From a virus (taxonomy: Duplodnaviria > Caudoviricetes), in the IMG/VR virus record IMGVR_UViG_3300028591_000109, positions 64,001 through 128,000 of that record: a DNA stretch of 64,000 bases; one strand, written 5' to 3'. The notes under the pieces are model-generated. The model made no database searches and was not told the DNA's origin. It was given only the letters and a program-made list of their open reading frames with translations. A program made the position numbers and the translations under genes. Shown piece by piece: positions 38,001 to 46,640 of the stretch. The number at the start of each line of letters is the position of its first letter. Positions within the stretch are counted from its first letter, which is position 1.

Positions 38001-38607
38001 GCTGCAGTGCTGCCAGCTGTTCCTGCAGTACCCCGACGAGACCTTCACCCCGCCACGCGACAGCCGTGCATTATTAAGACAGGCCCTCGCAGCCTCGAAG
38101 GACGAGCAGTTCACCCGCTGGATAGCCGGCTACCTCGCCGACAAGCGCCACCTCGGCATACCCATCGCCCAGCGCGAACTGGCCATCTCGCTGCTCGACT
38201 ACTGCGGCATCACCATCGGTGAGAAGACCATCAAGGGAGCCTACAACCGCATCCGCGAACAGCTGGACGACTATCTGCGCACGTCGCCGTACATCCGCAA
38301 CCCGCGCATCACACTGAAGACCGACACCGACGTTACGCTCGGTATGCGCCAGTGCGCCGCCTGGCAGTACCCCAAGGCCGCCGACGGCTTCAGCATAGCC
38401 ACCGACGAGCACGGCAACCGACTGCCCCGCGAACTGGTGAAGAAGAAGCCGTACCCCCGCTGCTACTACTTCTACCGCAAGAGCCAGGTGCCCAAGCACC
38501 GCTACGACCCCGCCCACGAGGGCGACCCGAACTACGTGCAGCCCGCCCCGGAGCAAGACCCCGAAGCAGAAGAAATGAAGAATGAAGAATCTGCTACCGA
38601 CGTTTAG
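35050..38607 (+). CDS. DNA primase-helicase (CHC2 zinc finger, TOPRIM-like, P-loop NTPase)
   Basis: CPWHDDHHPS...CYRC; LCSGPRDA, YDEDETG and KDATDF; Walker A GGTGKT and Walker B VVCIDE. Confidence 0.85.
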   Translation: MNEKNRNILDQISLVDVMAGWGHTVQRQNAKGTVAYYLCPWHDDHHPSLQVEREARDGATAAMFKCYRCGPAGYGAIQLAARLMGYPAGKIPGDDMPKVMAELATRCDVNLEEETDEEGRKWQRNLRMSRVGWTEFRKTELQYADWTGDEPLLERGEWTVEGLRALGLRVEMSTHKATKDDIRNNGGATTENNATASDQSGTVPAEIKTGDLITDFDPDSGEPLYRCSLGAGFYGDPKKAETKTVAEWGMEVERLFHVQPVARVISRKENKEKGGFYVQFVNATRNYPIFMFCYPFGTKKYEPKNIYGYKWAWKDVDESVDVGRQWYADADLEDFLKDGVIPEQDKRHPYVEIEDKEKKTKQIRFGRIVLCSGPRDAIAVYSHSDAHVVWLNSEMAGFDGKGGTMRPNRWLRALLRKLQSVCVEGGLYVCYDEDETGLKASQAIALSNPAVHWLRLPKELGQIPGKSGKPGISANPEKPIKPLKDATDFIQHFAEVERLMPAELQHDDPTEWFDNAMFDTPTCKFWQWESERKEQDGSSRARYKFDLRNTPVFLRARGIVRRVMQSGDESFSRFFLLGNDHTYSELFVGQKGSNKLVPQIRDIMAEWLRAHSEFNDKKGALSRAIYGAKLEQGIMESIETMDFDEKSFGEDFDHFFFHNTAVRVTKDDIKLVPYSQMKWWTNQDAILDGDFTITDRLWHVEEAGFYPSELAKHEAILSAAKVDDEIKQENMRWDQWQQLWRYRLVMDKPLEEMPLHFRFLYNTCRIFWEKEQTQELTKTEQQTQDMYFMAMLHAIGSALVRHRSANRQQFIHITDNGTRREDLASGGTGKTAILELFALVRRTLGIDGKALEGGNIVMEQELGKVIPGLHNVVCIDELPQGFNPKKMYNYPLSVTSRGLYKGSVKLTGDDLPKFVLASNEQIDLSSDSTNRRAYQILVGDWYHPRSMDGSRPAHTPADDFRNEGVKEVAHNLPPQILNDARNLLLQCCQLFLQYPDETFTPPRDSRALLRQALAASKDEQFTRWIAGYLADKRHLGIPIAQRELAISLLDYCGITIGEKTIKGAYNRIREQLDDYLRTSPYIRNPRITLKTDTDVTLGMRQCAAWQYPKAADGFSIATDEHGNRLPRELVKKKPYPRCYYFYRKSQVPKHRYDPAHEGDPNYVQPAPEQDPEAEEMKNEESATDV

Positions 38608-38673
38608 TGTGTCGGGCGGTTTACCCGCCCGAATACCGGGCGATATAACGAAATAACGATATAACGAAAGAAT

Positions 38674-39138
38674 ATGTACCAACGCCGCCCATATCCGTAT
38701 CGCTACATCTGTTACTCCCGAGTGACAGGTCAGGCCGTCTGGCTCTATCAGGGCCAGTCGAAAAAAGCCATGAAGCGCAAGTATTACCGCACGGTGGATA
38801 TCGAGCGCAAGCGCAAGCGGCAGTGGGCGAAGCTGCAGCGAACCTGGCAGGCGGGCATCCGCCACCTCCTCGACGAGTGCCAGGCCGCGCTCCCCATCCT
38901 CGGCACGCTGACGAAGGCACAGCGCGAGGCCATCCGCACGCTGCAGCACATGATTGACAACCCGCCGGAGTTCTCGTCGCCGCTGCTCGACCACGACCGC
39001 GAGCGCCGACATCAGAACTACTTAGAGAAGCGACGGCGACACTACTGGAAGGACGCAGATTTCCGCCAGCACGAGCGGGAACGACGACGAAAGAAACCGC
39101 AGATGAAAAATTTACAGAATCACGATTATGATAAATAA
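38674..39138 (+). CDS. Basic hypothetical protein
   Basis: 154 aa, Arg/Lys-rich. Confidence 0.6.
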   Translation: MYQRRPYPYRYICYSRVTGQAVWLYQGQSKKAMKRKYYRTVDIERKRKRQWAKLQRTWQAGIRHLLDECQAALPILGTLTKAQREAIRTLQHMIDNPPEFSSPLLDHDRERRHQNYLEKRRRHYWKDADFRQHERERRRKKPQMKNLQNHDYDK

Positions 39139-39180
39139 TACGCTGACTATCAGTGGATTAACAAACAAAACAGATGACAG

Positions 39181-40947
39181 ATGACCTACGACGAGACAAC
39201 GCTGTTTACGAGGTTCATGCAGGGAAAGGGCGTGATGAATAACTTCACATACCTGTATCAATCACACAGGCATGACAAGCGCGACCTCGACACCTACCTC
39301 GACGAGGTGGTGGCGGAGGACGTGATACTGTCGGCCTTCGACTTCACGGGTGCCGGCAACACCATCTTCGGATTCAAGTACTGGAAGGATATCGACCAGA
39401 AGTGGCAGGCGAAGCTGACGGAGTTCCGCAACACGGGCATACTGACGGCCGACGAGGCACAGGTGTACTGTCCCCACTGCCAGCGGGTGCTGCCCAGGAC
39501 GGCTTTTGCCACGAAGTCGAATGGCGTGCTGCACAAGCACTGCCGTGAGTGCGAGGGCGGCAAGTGGGACAAGGAGAAGAAGGAGCGCGAGAAGGCTGAG
39601 AAGGAGGCCGAGAAGCAGGCCAAGGCCATCAAGCAGTTGGAGAAGGAGATTGCCGAGAAGCAGGCGAAGCTGGAACGGCTGTCGGCACAGGAGACGGTGG
39701 CGGAGCCGACGGGCAAGATCCTGACGAACAATCGTGCTGAAAGTGCCCGTCGTGAGATAGCCGATGGACAGGCAAACCTGAATAAGACGACAAAGGTGTG
39801 CGGCCACTGCGGCAAGCGCAAGCTCCGCTCGGAGTTCTACAAGTCGGACTCCAGCGAGGACGGACTGCAGGAGTATTGCAAGACCTGTCAGACGGAGCTG
39901 TTGGCCGCTGCCGAGGAGGCACAGCGGAAAGAGGAGGAACAGCGTCGGCTGGAGATTGAAATAGCCGAGCGCGAGGCCGAGGTGCAGCGGATGGAGCAGG
40001 AGAAGAAGGATCTCGATGAAGAAGTGCGACGCAAGAAGGAAGCAGAGCGTCAGGCCGAAGAGCAACGCAAGGCAGCATCTGCAACCGCCGAGCCTACGAC
40101 CGGTACGACCGTCGACACGACCGAAAATACGACCGAAATCCCGACGGCCCCACGCTTGGGCGAGCACGACGTGACGATGCACTACAAGACGACGGAGAAG
40201 CGCATCACGCTGAACGCCGTGCTGTCGGACATCGTGCGACGGGCAGGGCTGACGAAGTGCTACATCTACGCCGACCGCAAGGGCTGTCAGTTTCTCGTGT
40301 TCAACAATGCCGAGGGCTCCAACGTCACCAAGGCCAACAGCCGTACCAGCGACCTACTGCAGGTGTGCTCGTCCAGCATCTGCCGACAGATTGCCGAGCG
40401 CTTCGAGCTTCGCATCGGCGACAACTACTACCTGCATGTCACGAAGAACCTGGCGCACACGGCGGACATCGTGAACGTCGAGGTGAAGCAGGTGCGGACC
40501 CGCGAGGAGTATGCCGTCATCGTGGCACAGCGCGAGGCTGTCGTGAAGAGCGGCATTACGCCCGACATCGACGAGACCGACGATCCTACGGAAGAGACCA
40601 CTACCCCATCCACCGACACCAACGACATGCCGCTGATAGAGTTTGCGGATATCGACGATAACCATACAGGCGACGGGCAGACCCCGACCACACTGGCCGG
40701 TGGCGGCAGTTCTGCCCTCACGCCTGAACCCAAGCAGAAGGCCAAGGCTGACAACATGAAACCTGCCAACCTGAAACCTGAAACCACCGGCATCCCCCTC
40801 TCGGGCCGCAAGCCGCAGGATATCCTCCAGCAGCTCATCGACCGTGGCCACCTGTCGGAGCGCGACATCGCCGCCTTCCTCTTCCAGAAAGGCTGGGAAC
40901 TGCACGAGCCCGTCGTCGTCACCCGTCACAAGAAATTCTCACTGTAA
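39181..40947 (+). CDS. Coiled-coil protein with two C4 zinc-binding motifs
   Basis: CPHC...CREC and CGHC...CKTC. Confidence 0.7.
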   Translation: MTYDETTLFTRFMQGKGVMNNFTYLYQSHRHDKRDLDTYLDEVVAEDVILSAFDFTGAGNTIFGFKYWKDIDQKWQAKLTEFRNTGILTADEAQVYCPHCQRVLPRTAFATKSNGVLHKHCRECEGGKWDKEKKEREKAEKEAEKQAKAIKQLEKEIAEKQAKLERLSAQETVAEPTGKILTNNRAESARREIADGQANLNKTTKVCGHCGKRKLRSEFYKSDSSEDGLQEYCKTCQTELLAAAEEAQRKEEEQRRLEIEIAEREAEVQRMEQEKKDLDEEVRRKKEAERQAEEQRKAASATAEPTTGTTVDTTENTTEIPTAPRLGEHDVTMHYKTTEKRITLNAVLSDIVRRAGLTKCYIYADRKGCQFLVFNNAEGSNVTKANSRTSDLLQVCSSSICRQIAERFELRIGDNYYLHVTKNLAHTADIVNVEVKQVRTREEYAVIVAQREAVVKSGITPDIDETDDPTEETTTPSTDTNDMPLIEFADIDDNHTGDGQTPTTLAGGGSSALTPEPKQKAKADNMKPANLKPETTGIPLSGRKPQDILQQLIDRGHLSERDIAAFLFQKGWELHEPVVVTRHKKFSL

Positions 40948-40959
40948 TATATAAATGTA

Positions 40960-41262
40960 ATGGCAAGACACAAGCAAAGAAGATACGCAGAAATGAAGCC
41001 CGCCGTGAAGATGAACGGCGGCTACAGCCGACGTCAGCGCACCGACATACTGACCGCGCAGGGCGAGATAACCGAGGCGCTGGGCTACGACAACTACCAC
41101 GTGGAGCTGGACAACGGCGTCACCATCCTCGCCACCATCAGCGGCAAGATGCGCCAGAACCACATCCGCGTGATGCCAGGCGACCGCGTGGAGCTGGAAC
41201 TATCCGCCTACGACCTCACCCGTGGCCGCATAACACGAAGATTTCAAGTTAAACAACAGTAA
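40960..41262 (+). CDS. infA: Translation initiation factor IF-1 homolog with N-terminal extension
   Basis: GEITEAL...VELDNG..ILATISGKMRQNHIRVMPGDRVELELSAYDLTRGRITRRF matches the IF-1 consensus. Confidence 0.92.
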   Translation: MARHKQRRYAEMKPAVKMNGGYSRRQRTDILTAQGEITEALGYDNYHVELDNGVTILATISGKMRQNHIRVMPGDRVELELSAYDLTRGRITRRFQVKQQ

Positions 41263-41283
41263 TAACAACAAAAGATTTCAACT

Positions 41284-42402
41284 ATGCGACAGACAACAAA
41301 CGAAACACAGGCCCTACAGTCGCTGATGGCAGAGTTTATCCGACTGGTAGCCTATCAGAACGAGAAACCCGTATTCGACGACGAAGGCATGGTGGCGCTT
41401 AGTGCCGACAACGCCTCGCCAGTCTATTTCTCCACCCGCCAGGTCATTGCCATCGCCCGACTGCTGAAGGGTATGACAAAGCCGCAGGGATGGCGCGACG
41501 CCGACGTGCAGATTATCTACGAGCTGGCAGCCAAGGCCGAACAGCGCGAAAGCGACGACCCCGACCACCTGCTGCGCACGATGATGCAGATTCACGGAAG
41601 CCATCAGGACTACGCCCCCACCATGCTCAACTCGCAATGGAGCGAAGAGAAGCAGACGATGACCGTCAGTCTGGAAGAGATGTTTGCCGGCCAGCCCGTA
41701 TTGCCGTGGCTCAGCAATGTGCGCTATGCCGCCGACGAGACCGAGAAGGCAGTCTGTTACGCCATCACCGCCGCCGTGCTGCGTTATACCGACGACGACA
41801 CAGTGCTTACCTTTATCGCCCACCCCAGCGACGCCAAGCAAGTGGAGCGGCAGATGGACGGCGAACTGTTCCCACGCAAGGAATGGGAGGGCGAGTGCGA
41901 GCTTCCGTCAGAAGCGCTGACTCCAAGCAGTAAGAAAGAGATAGCCGACTACATGCTCGAAGCCCTGCAGCAGGATCCCCAAGAAGCGTGGCCGCTCAGA
42001 CAGTCCGAGCCGGGAGCAACGTGGTTTGCACCGCGACACGGCGTGGTGGAGATTGACGGCATACCTGTGCCGACGGCCATCAACGAGTTCAGCTCAGCCA
42101 ACATCCTGAGCGTAGAAGTGGGTACCAACGGATTCCAGGGTGGCGACACCGGTCACGGCGGACGCACCTGCCTGCGCATCATTGACGAGGGTTGTACCGA
42201 CCTGCGCTGCCGCGTCAAGGCCAACGGCAAGTGGCATAACTACGACAACGCCTGCGAAGCCAATGAGATAGAAATCATACTTGGCGGTGACACCGAGCTT
42301 GGCACCTTCAGCAACGCCCTTCGCTTTGCCGCAGACGTGCTGGAGAAGAAGATAACGGGCGAGCTGATGCTGGTCGTTCCGAAAAACTACAAGCAGCAAT
42401 GA
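41284..42402 (+). CDS. Hypothetical protein
   Basis: 372 aa; C-terminal GTNGFQGGDTGHGGRT motif. Confidence 0.65.
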   Translation: MRQTTNETQALQSLMAEFIRLVAYQNEKPVFDDEGMVALSADNASPVYFSTRQVIAIARLLKGMTKPQGWRDADVQIIYELAAKAEQRESDDPDHLLRTMMQIHGSHQDYAPTMLNSQWSEEKQTMTVSLEEMFAGQPVLPWLSNVRYAADETEKAVCYAITAAVLRYTDDDTVLTFIAHPSDAKQVERQMDGELFPRKEWEGECELPSEALTPSSKKEIADYMLEALQQDPQEAWPLRQSEPGATWFAPRHGVVEIDGIPVPTAINEFSSANILSVEVGTNGFQGGDTGHGGRTCLRIIDEGCTDLRCRVKANGKWHNYDNACEANEIEIILGGDTELGTFSNALRFAADVLEKKITGELMLVVPKNYKQQ

Positions 42403-42432
42403 TTATCGAAATAAACAAACGGCTGAAATATT

Positions 42433-42588
42433 ATGACGAAGAGACTACACGGAGGCAGGACCACGGAGCAGTACGTGCTCGACCTGCACAGCAACGGATG
42501 GCAAGTGGCCAACATCGCAAGCATCGCAGGGGTAGATGCCCAGACGGTGCGAGAAATCCTGAGAAGAAAGAACATTATCATGGACTAA
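42433..42588 (+). CDS. Small HTH protein (not in ORF track)
   Basis: 51 aa; GWQVANIASIAGVDAQTVREIL HTH pattern. Confidence 0.55.
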   Translation: MTKRLHGGRTTEQYVLDLHSNGWQVANIASIAGVDAQTVREILRRKNIIMD

Positions 42589-42601
42589 AGGGACAGCGAC
42601 A

Positions 42602-43381
42602 ATGAAACACTTGGATTTTACGATTGACTTTGAGACCGTCGGGCTGACGGCGAACGCCGCGCCGATGATGGTGGCCATCGTGCCATGGAACAGAGACGCC
42701 AAGGAAGACCCGTTCACGATGGACGAGGACGGGACACTCACCGAGGAGCAGACCAGCAAGTGGCCGGAGCCGCTGGAGCTGTATGTGGACCTGCGCTCCT
42801 GCGTGGTCGAGGGCTACAACTTCGACCCGGCGACCGTCGAGTGGTGGACGAAGCAGAGTTACGACGCGAAACGGGCCGTATGCGACGGGCTGGCCCAACC
42901 CGTGGACGAGGTGACGGTGGAGATTGTGGGCTACCTGAGCCGCACAAAAGAGCAACTTGGACTGGACAGCATCTGCCTCTGGAGCCAGGGCGACACCGAC
43001 CAGGGCATCCTGCGCAACCTCTGCCGCCGCAACGGCTACAACATGGAGGAGGACGTCATCCCCCACACCCAACTGCGCGACTGCCGCACGTTGATACTGG
43101 AGGCGGCGCTGATAAAGCGGATGCGAGAGATTAAGGAGAGAAACGAGCAATTGATCAAGAGCGGCAAGGCAGTGACCGATGTTGAGATTATGCCAGACGG
43201 CAGTGTCGTTCCGTGTACGCTTCTGCCCAAGCAGATACTCGCCGGCAGCTACGACGTGTACAAACTCTTCCCTCCCCTACCCGACCGCTACGCCAAGGGC
43301 AGCGAGGCGCACGACGCGCTCTACGATGCCCTGCGCTCGTCGTGGAACACGTGGCAGGCGCTGCAGTGGATGAAGGGATAA
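42602..43381 (+). CDS. DEDDh 3'-5' exonuclease (RNase T/exonuclease VIII-like)
   Basis: IDFET, WSQG..D, RDCRT and HDALYDA motifs. Confidence 0.85.
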   Translation: MKHLDFTIDFETVGLTANAAPMMVAIVPWNRDAKEDPFTMDEDGTLTEEQTSKWPEPLELYVDLRSCVVEGYNFDPATVEWWTKQSYDAKRAVCDGLAQPVDEVTVEIVGYLSRTKEQLGLDSICLWSQGDTDQGILRNLCRRNGYNMEEDVIPHTQLRDCRTLILEAALIKRMREIKERNEQLIKSGKAVTDVEIMPDGSVVPCTLLPKQILAGSYDVYKLFPPLPDRYAKGSEAHDALYDALRSSWNTWQALQWMKG

Positions 43382-43410
43382 TCAAAAGGGATTTTCAAGC
43401 AAAGGAAAAG

Positions 43411-43447
43411 AAAAGCGGACCAACGGTACTTGTGCCGTTGGCCCACT
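43411..43447. terminator. Hairpin between convergent transcription units
   Basis: ccaacggtac/gtgccgttgg stem with upstream A-tract. Confidence 0.55.
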
Positions 43448-43485
43448 TGGTGTGTTGTATCATTTTCGTGAGGTCACGAAAATGG

Positions 43486-44364
43486 TCAGAAGTCGTAGTT
43501 ATCCTCCCCACTCCACTCGCCGTTGACGGTGAAACCGAAGCCGCTCTGGGTGATGGTGCCCTCGCCTTCGGAGAAGAGGGGGCCGGTGTAGCTGGTGATG
43601 CGGTTGCGCGTGACGGGGACGGCATCGAGGGTTCGCTTCTTGATCACGTCGCCCTGGGCGGTGAGGGCGGTGATGGTGACTTTCAACGTGCCGGAGGAGG
43701 AGAGATAAGGGAAGGTGAAGATTTCGTAGACGTCATCGGCGGCAACAGGGCGCGTCTCTGATTGTGTCGATTTCGTGGTGCCCTCGCCGGTGGTGGGGTT
43801 GAAGTTGGCCGAGCCGCCGGTGTAGTCGAACTTGACATGCGTGAGCTGAGCGGGGATTTCCTCGTCGGTGAACTGGAAGCGCACCATAGCGCCCATGCGG
43901 TTCATCGTGAGCTGGTGCTGTTCGGGTGCTTCGCCAACGGTCACGGTGCCGCCATAGCAGAAGGTGTCCGTCAGCTTCTGGCCGTCGCTGGCCGTGAACT
44001 GCACCATCTCCATGCTCTTGATGGTGGCACTCTTGGCCGACGAGTGACCGACGGCCACCACGCCATACTCCCCGGCAGGCAGCGTGAGCGACAGCTGTCC
44101 GAAGTTCTCGTCGGTGGAGTATTGCGTGCGCACCTTGTCGAAATACTTAGTGCCGTCGGCATTGAACAGCATGACGTTGAGCTTCGAGAAGCAGGTGCCA
44201 ATGTCGGTGGCGGCGGCGCGGGTCGTCGCGCCGTGGGCGCTGAACGTGAGGGTCACGTTGCCAAGTGGTTCGTTACTGTCCTCTGTGTCGAGGATGGGTT
44301 TCTCGCAGGCGACGAGTGCCATGCTGATTGCGCACAGGACGCAGAGATTCTTGATTGCTTTCAT
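43486..44364 (-). CDS. FimB/Mfa2-type fimbrial lipoprotein 1
   Basis: Lipobox ALVA-C, TRA processing motif, VPVTRNRITSYTG C-terminal strand. Confidence 0.75.
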   Translation of the reverse strand: MKAIKNLCVLCAISMALVACEKPILDTEDSNEPLGNVTLTFSAHGATTRAAATDIGTCFSKLNVMLFNADGTKYFDKVRTQYSTDENFGQLSLTLPAGEYGVVAVGHSSAKSATIKSMEMVQFTASDGQKLTDTFCYGGTVTVGEAPEQHQLTMNRMGAMVRFQFTDEEIPAQLTHVKFDYTGGSANFNPTTGEGTTKSTQSETRPVAADDVYEIFTFPYLSSSGTLKVTITALTAQGDVIKKRTLDAVPVTRNRITSYTGPLFSEGEGTITQSGFGFTVNGEWSGEDNYDF

Positions 44365-44430
44365 TGTTTCTTTGGTGTTTAGCCGTCTTACGACGGGAAA
44401 TTAATCAAATTTTGTTCAAATTATTAAATA

Positions 44431-44853
44431 TCAGAGAAGTTTTACCTTTTCGATGCGCCCATCGTTATGCCGATGAAACCACTCTGCGTAGAGACTCGGC
44501 GCACCGAAATTGATAATCATGCCGTATGGCTGATGCGTCAGATTCATGTAGTTAAACAGTTGTCTACGATGACAGGTTTCAACATGCGATACAGCTTTCA
44601 ACTCACAGATGATGTTGCCGCCAATCATCAAGTCCATACGGTACGACTGATCTAACTGAACGTCGTCCCAGAATATTGGGAGGTACACCTGCCGCTCCAC
44701 CTGTACTCCTTTCAGTTCCAGCAGGTATTTTAGAGCGGCCTCGTAGGCACTTTCCACCAGTCCTGGCTTGAACTTGCGGTGTACGCGCATGGCTTCGCCA
44801 GTGATGTCGGCAAAGAACTGATACCGCTGGTTGTATTCTTTTATCAAATCCAT
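44431..44853 (-). CDS. GxxExxY protein 1 (PD-(D/E)xK nuclease fold)
   Basis: GLVESAY, YRMDL, IICELKAV, QLFNYM and GMIINFG motifs. Confidence 0.9.
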   Translation of the reverse strand: MDLIKEYNQRYQFFADITGEAMRVHRKFKPGLVESAYEAALKYLLELKGVQVERQVYLPIFWDDVQLDQSYRMDLMIGGNIICELKAVSHVETCHRRQLFNYMNLTHQPYGMIINFGAPSLYAEWFHRHNDGRIEKVKLL

Positions 44854-44990
44854 AGTTGGGTGTTTTAAACCGTCTTACGACGGGAAATTATTCAAATTAT
44901 TCTCAAATTATTCAACCCTGCGGATGGAAAAGTTCTAATAATTTGAATTAAATTTGAACAATTTCCACCCGTCAGGGTGCTCAGAAGTCA

Positions 44991-45863
44991 TCAGAACTCC
45001 ACGGTGTCGAACTCCTGCCAGTCATTGACCGTGAAGGTGGAGGTGAAGGCGGCATCGGTGAAGAAGGCGCCGCGATACGTGGTGCGGTAGCCGTTGCAAA
45101 GGGGCACGTCGTCGAAGGTGCGCTGCTGGAGGGGCTGGCCGGCGGTGTCGTAGGCGGTGACGGTGACGGTGTGGAGCACGGACTCGTCGGGGTCAGCGAT
45201 GACGTAGGCGGAGAGGGTCACGCTGCCGTCCTGATTGAGGTTGTAGCCTTGGTAGGTGGCAGTGTAATCACGGGGGTTCATGCCATAGCCGGCGACGTTC
45301 CATGCGGCGGGAGCCTGGTCAACGGCGATGGTGATCTTGTCGGCCTCGGAGGGCACGGGGTCGGTGGTCTCCAGTCGGAACTGGCCCACGATGCGCTGCA
45401 TGAGGCACGAGAGCGTGGTGGTCTCGGCGGGGGTGAACGTCTGGGTATAGAACATCGAGTGGGTCATCTTCGCGCCCGGCCAGGTGATGATACCGCCTTG
45501 CAGGGTAGCCGCGCCGGTGTCCTTATGGGCACAGGCATAGAGCGTGTAGGTCTTGCGCTTGTCGAGGGTGACGGTGAGGGAGCCGAAGGCTGGGTCGGTG
45601 CTGGTCTGGTGGACGGCCTGCACCTCCTGGCCGTCCTGGTAGAGCCAGACATCAAGGCGGGTGGCGATGGTGGCGATGCTGGTGGGGTCACCTCCGGCAC
45701 GGGTCATGGCCTCCTGCTCGTAGGGCGAGAAGGTGAGCGTCACCTTCTGCGGATCGTTCACGTTGGCGGGGTTCATCACTGTGCTCTCTGTTTCGAGGGC
45801 GTTGTTTTCACAGGCTGTCAGTGCCATCAGGGCACACGACAGCAGGGCAAAATACTTCTTCAT
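44991..45863 (-). CDS. FimB/Mfa2-type fimbrial lipoprotein 2
   Basis: Lipobox ALTA-C, MTRA motif, VPLCNGYRTTYRG; paralog of lipoprotein 1. Confidence 0.75.
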   Translation of the reverse strand: MKKYFALLSCALMALTACENNALETESTVMNPANVNDPQKVTLTFSPYEQEAMTRAGGDPTSIATIATRLDVWLYQDGQEVQAVHQTSTDPAFGSLTVTLDKRKTYTLYACAHKDTGAATLQGGIITWPGAKMTHSMFYTQTFTPAETTTLSCLMQRIVGQFRLETTDPVPSEADKITIAVDQAPAAWNVAGYGMNPRDYTATYQGYNLNQDGSVTLSAYVIADPDESVLHTVTVTAYDTAGQPLQQRTFDDVPLCNGYRTTYRGAFFTDAAFTSTFTVNDWQEFDTVEF

Positions 45864-46021
45864 AGTTTTGCTTGGGTTTTAAGTTTGTTGATGATTGGGG
45901 TTTATTATGGCCTTACGGCCAGAAATTAGAGACTGCCGCCGTTGGCGGGAAATTTTTTTATTGCACTTAATTTCTCGGCGACAGCCGATAGTCTGAAAAT
46001 TTCTGCGCGATAGCGCATCCA

Positions 46022-46444
46022 TTACAGCAGCTTCACCTGTTCTACCTCGCCGGTCGTCACATTGAGTTCGTACCATTCGCTGTAGAGACTCTTGCTGCCA
46101 AAGTTGATAATCATGCCATACCTCGTATGAGTGATGCGCATATAGCTCCAGAGTTGCTGGCGGTGTTCAACGCTCACGAATTTCACCGCCTTCAGTTCGC
46201 AGATGACGCCGCCGACCACGAGGTCCATACGGTACGACTGGTCGAGGGGCACGTCGTCCCAGAAGATGGGCAGGTACACCTGCCGCTCCACCTTCATGCC
46301 TTTCAGTTCCAGCAGGTACTTCAGCGCCGCCTCGTAGGCGCTCTCCACCAGTCCGGGTCTGAACTTGCGGTGTACGCGCATGGCTTCGCCCGTGATGTCG
46401 GCAAAGAACTGATACCGCTGGTTGTGTTCCTTGATTGCATCCAT
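46022..46444 (-). CDS. GxxExxY protein 2
   Basis: 140 aa; close paralog of 44431-44853. Confidence 0.9.
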   Translation of the reverse strand: MDAIKEHNQRYQFFADITGEAMRVHRKFRPGLVESAYEAALKYLLELKGMKVERQVYLPIFWDDVPLDQSYRMDLVVGGVICELKAVKFVSVEHRQQLWSYMRITHTRYGMIINFGSKSLYSEWYELNVTTGEVEQVKLL

Positions 46445-46640
46445 AGTTTTGCTTGGGTTTTAAGTTAATAATTGGGTTGTTTTGTTAGCGCCCTTGCGGG
46501 CGGAAATTGTAAGAAAATTGGGTAAGAAAATGCGCTTCGCTTGAAAAGAATTTTTATAATCACTGCAAGAATTTTTATAATTTTCTTACAAGCGGAGCGC
46601 ATTCTTTTAGAATTTCCCGCCGACAGGCGGCTAAGAATAG

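Larger units (their letters stand above)
44383..46630. repeat. Nine AATTTC-stem-loop elements in the intergenic spaces of the GxxExxY/fimbrillin locus
   Basis: Copies at 44383, 44870, 44960, 45908, 45936, 45969, 45998, 46489 and 46611; 5-bp stems differ in sequence but all pair perfectly. Confidence 0.85.

Noticed and set aside
42399-42605. 68-aa ORF from the track
   Set aside because: The overlapping frame 42433-42588 gives a more convincing HTH protein
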